Origin: Hamiltosporidium tvaerminnensis FI-OER-3-3
Taxonomy: Eukaryota; Fungi; Microsporidia
Direction of reading: 5' to 3'
Assembly (NCBI GenBank): GCA_022605425.2
Contig: CM061248.1
Coordinates: 682,001-746,000 of the forward strand
DNA length: 64,000 nucleotides
Within the stretch, counting starts at the first letter, position 1. Each line of letters opens with the position of its first letter. The notes below the pieces were generated by a model. That model was not told the origin of the DNA. It saw only the letters and a program-made list of their open reading frames with translations, and did not search any database. Positions 61,846 to 64,000 of the stretch are shown here, in pieces. A program made the position numbers and the translations under genes.

Positions 61846-63414
61846 ATGTTTTTGCATTTGATTTGGCTGGTTTATGTACAAAAAACTATTTTTTCTGGGA
61901 ATAATGAATCTTTATATCAACTAGAATTGAATGAAAGAATGGATACCTGTACTAGTAATATTGTTGAAGAAATATCAACAGAAGATGTTGATAATGCTAT
62001 AAAAAACGATGAAATATATTTAAAATCTATATTAGAGAAAATTTTCCGTCAATTTTCCTCTTATTTTAAAAAACTGATAAAAGTTGATGGTTATCTTACC
62101 GCATATGAGATAAATCTTGACTGTCTTTTTTTTAATGAAATGAACTATTTTCTGAAATTCGAAGTAGAAAATATAGATTTGGGATTTGTTACTGTCCAGA
62201 ATAATGAAAAAAATATAAAAGAATTTGATTGTACTAAGATATTTGAAAATAACTATTACAACATTATTGATTTGTTAAATGCTGTTGCTACTTGGATTAT
62301 ATCACTAAAAAACTATCAAATGCATATTTTGTCTTTAGATTTCTCAACAATACCAGTGTTTAATAGTCTATTTACTTTGCTAGAAAGTGAATTAGATGTA
62401 AAATTCGATTTTAAAAAAACGATCGAAGATATATTAAGGGGCCTAAATCCTTTGCTTCGTATCATTTTGCCAGAATTTGAGGCTATACGCGACCTTTTGA
62501 TACAATCTCCAATACTAACTAGCAATAATACAAATATTCAATTAGAAATTCTTTATTTATGTATTTTAATTCAGAAAATAGAAACAGAATATAAAGAACT
62601 ATTAGAATACCAAAGAAATATTATGTATTCATTTAATTTTCATGAAAATAGCCATGATAATACGTTTAAAAGGTTTAAAATATCATTAAGGATCGCATTC
62701 ATTCGACTTATTAACCTAGGTGGTGTATCTGATGCTCAGATTCAGGAATATTCAGTTCTGCTGCTCTTAGATAGTATAATAAAGCTGAAACGGAAAGGAA
62801 AATTATTTTTTTCATCTTATGATGGACTTTATAGTTTTGTATCATGTAGAATCAGATTTTTTCTATATGACACCGTAAGTAATTCAGAATATAATCTGTA
62901 TATGAATCATTTGAAGATTTTTTTGCAAAAATATTTAAATACATTCGAGGTTGATACAAGTAGATTGAAAGAACTTGAAAATAAATTATTTAAAGGCATA
63001 AATTCGATTCTCACGATTTCGAACTTAAAGAAAAAACTAAATCAAGTTGAAAAAAAACTATTGGTAAGTATTGATTGCGTTTTGAACCATAAACTTCCCT
63101 CCATCAAAGAAAATGACGATCTTGATAACTATCATATTATAGAAACAATATTTAAAGGAAAATTCCCAATAATAAAATCTTCACGAGAAAACGGAGATTT
63201 TTATCTTCATATTAAAAAACACGGGTTATTTCGCATGAGCCCAATATTCTATCAAAGATTCGAAAACGAAATTATCAACATTTTAGAAACTTATATATAT
63301 CTATTGAATTCAGCAACCGGAGAGAAGGAAATCATAGCGATATGTAAATTTCTCGATTATAAATTTGATATTTTAAATGAACTTTTAAAACAAGGAAATT
63401 TTAGAGAAATATAA
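61846..63414 (+). CDS. Hypothetical protein (~522 aa) with predicted N-terminal signal peptide
   Basis: Long intact ORF. First ATG at 61846 gives MFLHLIWLVYVQKTIFSG. No recognisable domain. Confidence 0.8.
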   Translation: MFLHLIWLVYVQKTIFSGNNESLYQLELNERMDTCTSNIVEEISTEDVDNAIKNDEIYLKSILEKIFRQFSSYFKKLIKVDGYLTAYEINLDCLFFNEMNYFLKFEVENIDLGFVTVQNNEKNIKEFDCTKIFENNYYNIIDLLNAVATWIISLKNYQMHILSLDFSTIPVFNSLFTLLESELDVKFDFKKTIEDILRGLNPLLRIILPEFEAIRDLLIQSPILTSNNTNIQLEILYLCILIQKIETEYKELLEYQRNIMYSFNFHENSHDNTFKRFKISLRIAFIRLINLGGVSDAQIQEYSVLLLLDSIIKLKRKGKLFFSSYDGLYSFVSCRIRFFLYDTVSNSEYNLYMNHLKIFLQKYLNTFEVDTSRLKELENKLFKGINSILTISNLKKKLNQVEKKLLVSIDCVLNHKLPSIKENDDLDNYHIIETIFKGKFPIIKSSRENGDFYLHIKKHGLFRMSPIFYQRFENEIINILETYIYLLNSATGEKEIIAICKFLDYKFDILNELLKQGNFREI

Positions 63415-64000
63415 TGATTTTTTATACATAAAGGCTTGTAATACTGTGGAAGTCGGCAATTCATAGATAATTCAAAATTAAAAAAAACTTAGACATAATT
63501 TTTCCGTAATTGAATAATTTTTTTCGTTTATTTTTTAGCTTACACTATTTTAAAAATAAATATGCTGTTATTTCATTAGATAGACGAAAAAATTGCAAAT
63601 TGTCCAATTCGAATTGTGTTCAAATTTTTTCCGAATATATTTAAAAACTTTAAAAAATAACACAAATAAACAATTTTTTATTTATAATCATATTTTGATA
63701 TGATATGTTGCAGAACAAATTAATTTCCAAAGCTCAGCTGATATATCCGAAATTACATCAAAGCTTTAATATTTTTCGAGTCTTTTTTTTGATTTAAAAA
63801 GAAATATTCAATTTTTTAATTAACAATCTAATACTTAGAAAAAAGTTTGCAATCAAATTTCCGAAACTACAAATAAAACTGATTCAGTTGTTATAAACAC
63901 CAAACTTTAAGTTGAATAAAAAAACTAATAAATTAATATGCATTTTCAAATCAATCAAAAAATAAACGATTTTTAATAAGTGAATTCATTAAAGGTATTG

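Overview
Very AT-rich, gene-sparse eukaryotic DNA, most consistent with a large-genome microsporidian. This is an inference from CCC motifs just upstream of start codons, intronless ORFs, paralogous secreted LRR genes and a heavy transposon load; Hamiltosporidium-like is a guess. Only about three intact host genes are present: a 902-aa signal-peptide/BTB-like/LRR protein (40856-43564), a ubiquitin-like membrane protein (48152-49000, minus) and an orphan secreted protein (61846-63414). There is also a frameshifted LRR paralog (7790-10408). The rest is mobile DNA and decayed coding sequence: four copies of an R4/Dong-like REL-endonuclease LINE, a DD39D mariner with TIRs and TA duplication, a decayed KRBA2/SCAND3-type integrase element, an RTE 3' tail, and a 1-kb segmental duplication. 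The main unannotated signals are three. (1) At least 14 copies of a modular non-coding, hairpin-rich retroposon-like family that shares a ~110-nt head (weakly 5S rRNA-like) and has three body types (~230, ~420, ~720 nt). (2) A tRNA-derived SINE with 11-bp target-site duplications, one copy nested inside family (1). (3) Candidate host-nucleus effector features in the LRR proteins, including QPLDLSCK (the CtBP-binding motif as in adenovirus E1A), basic NLS-like clusters and a BTB-like segment. Alignments were done by eye, so boundaries of degenerate copies are approximate.
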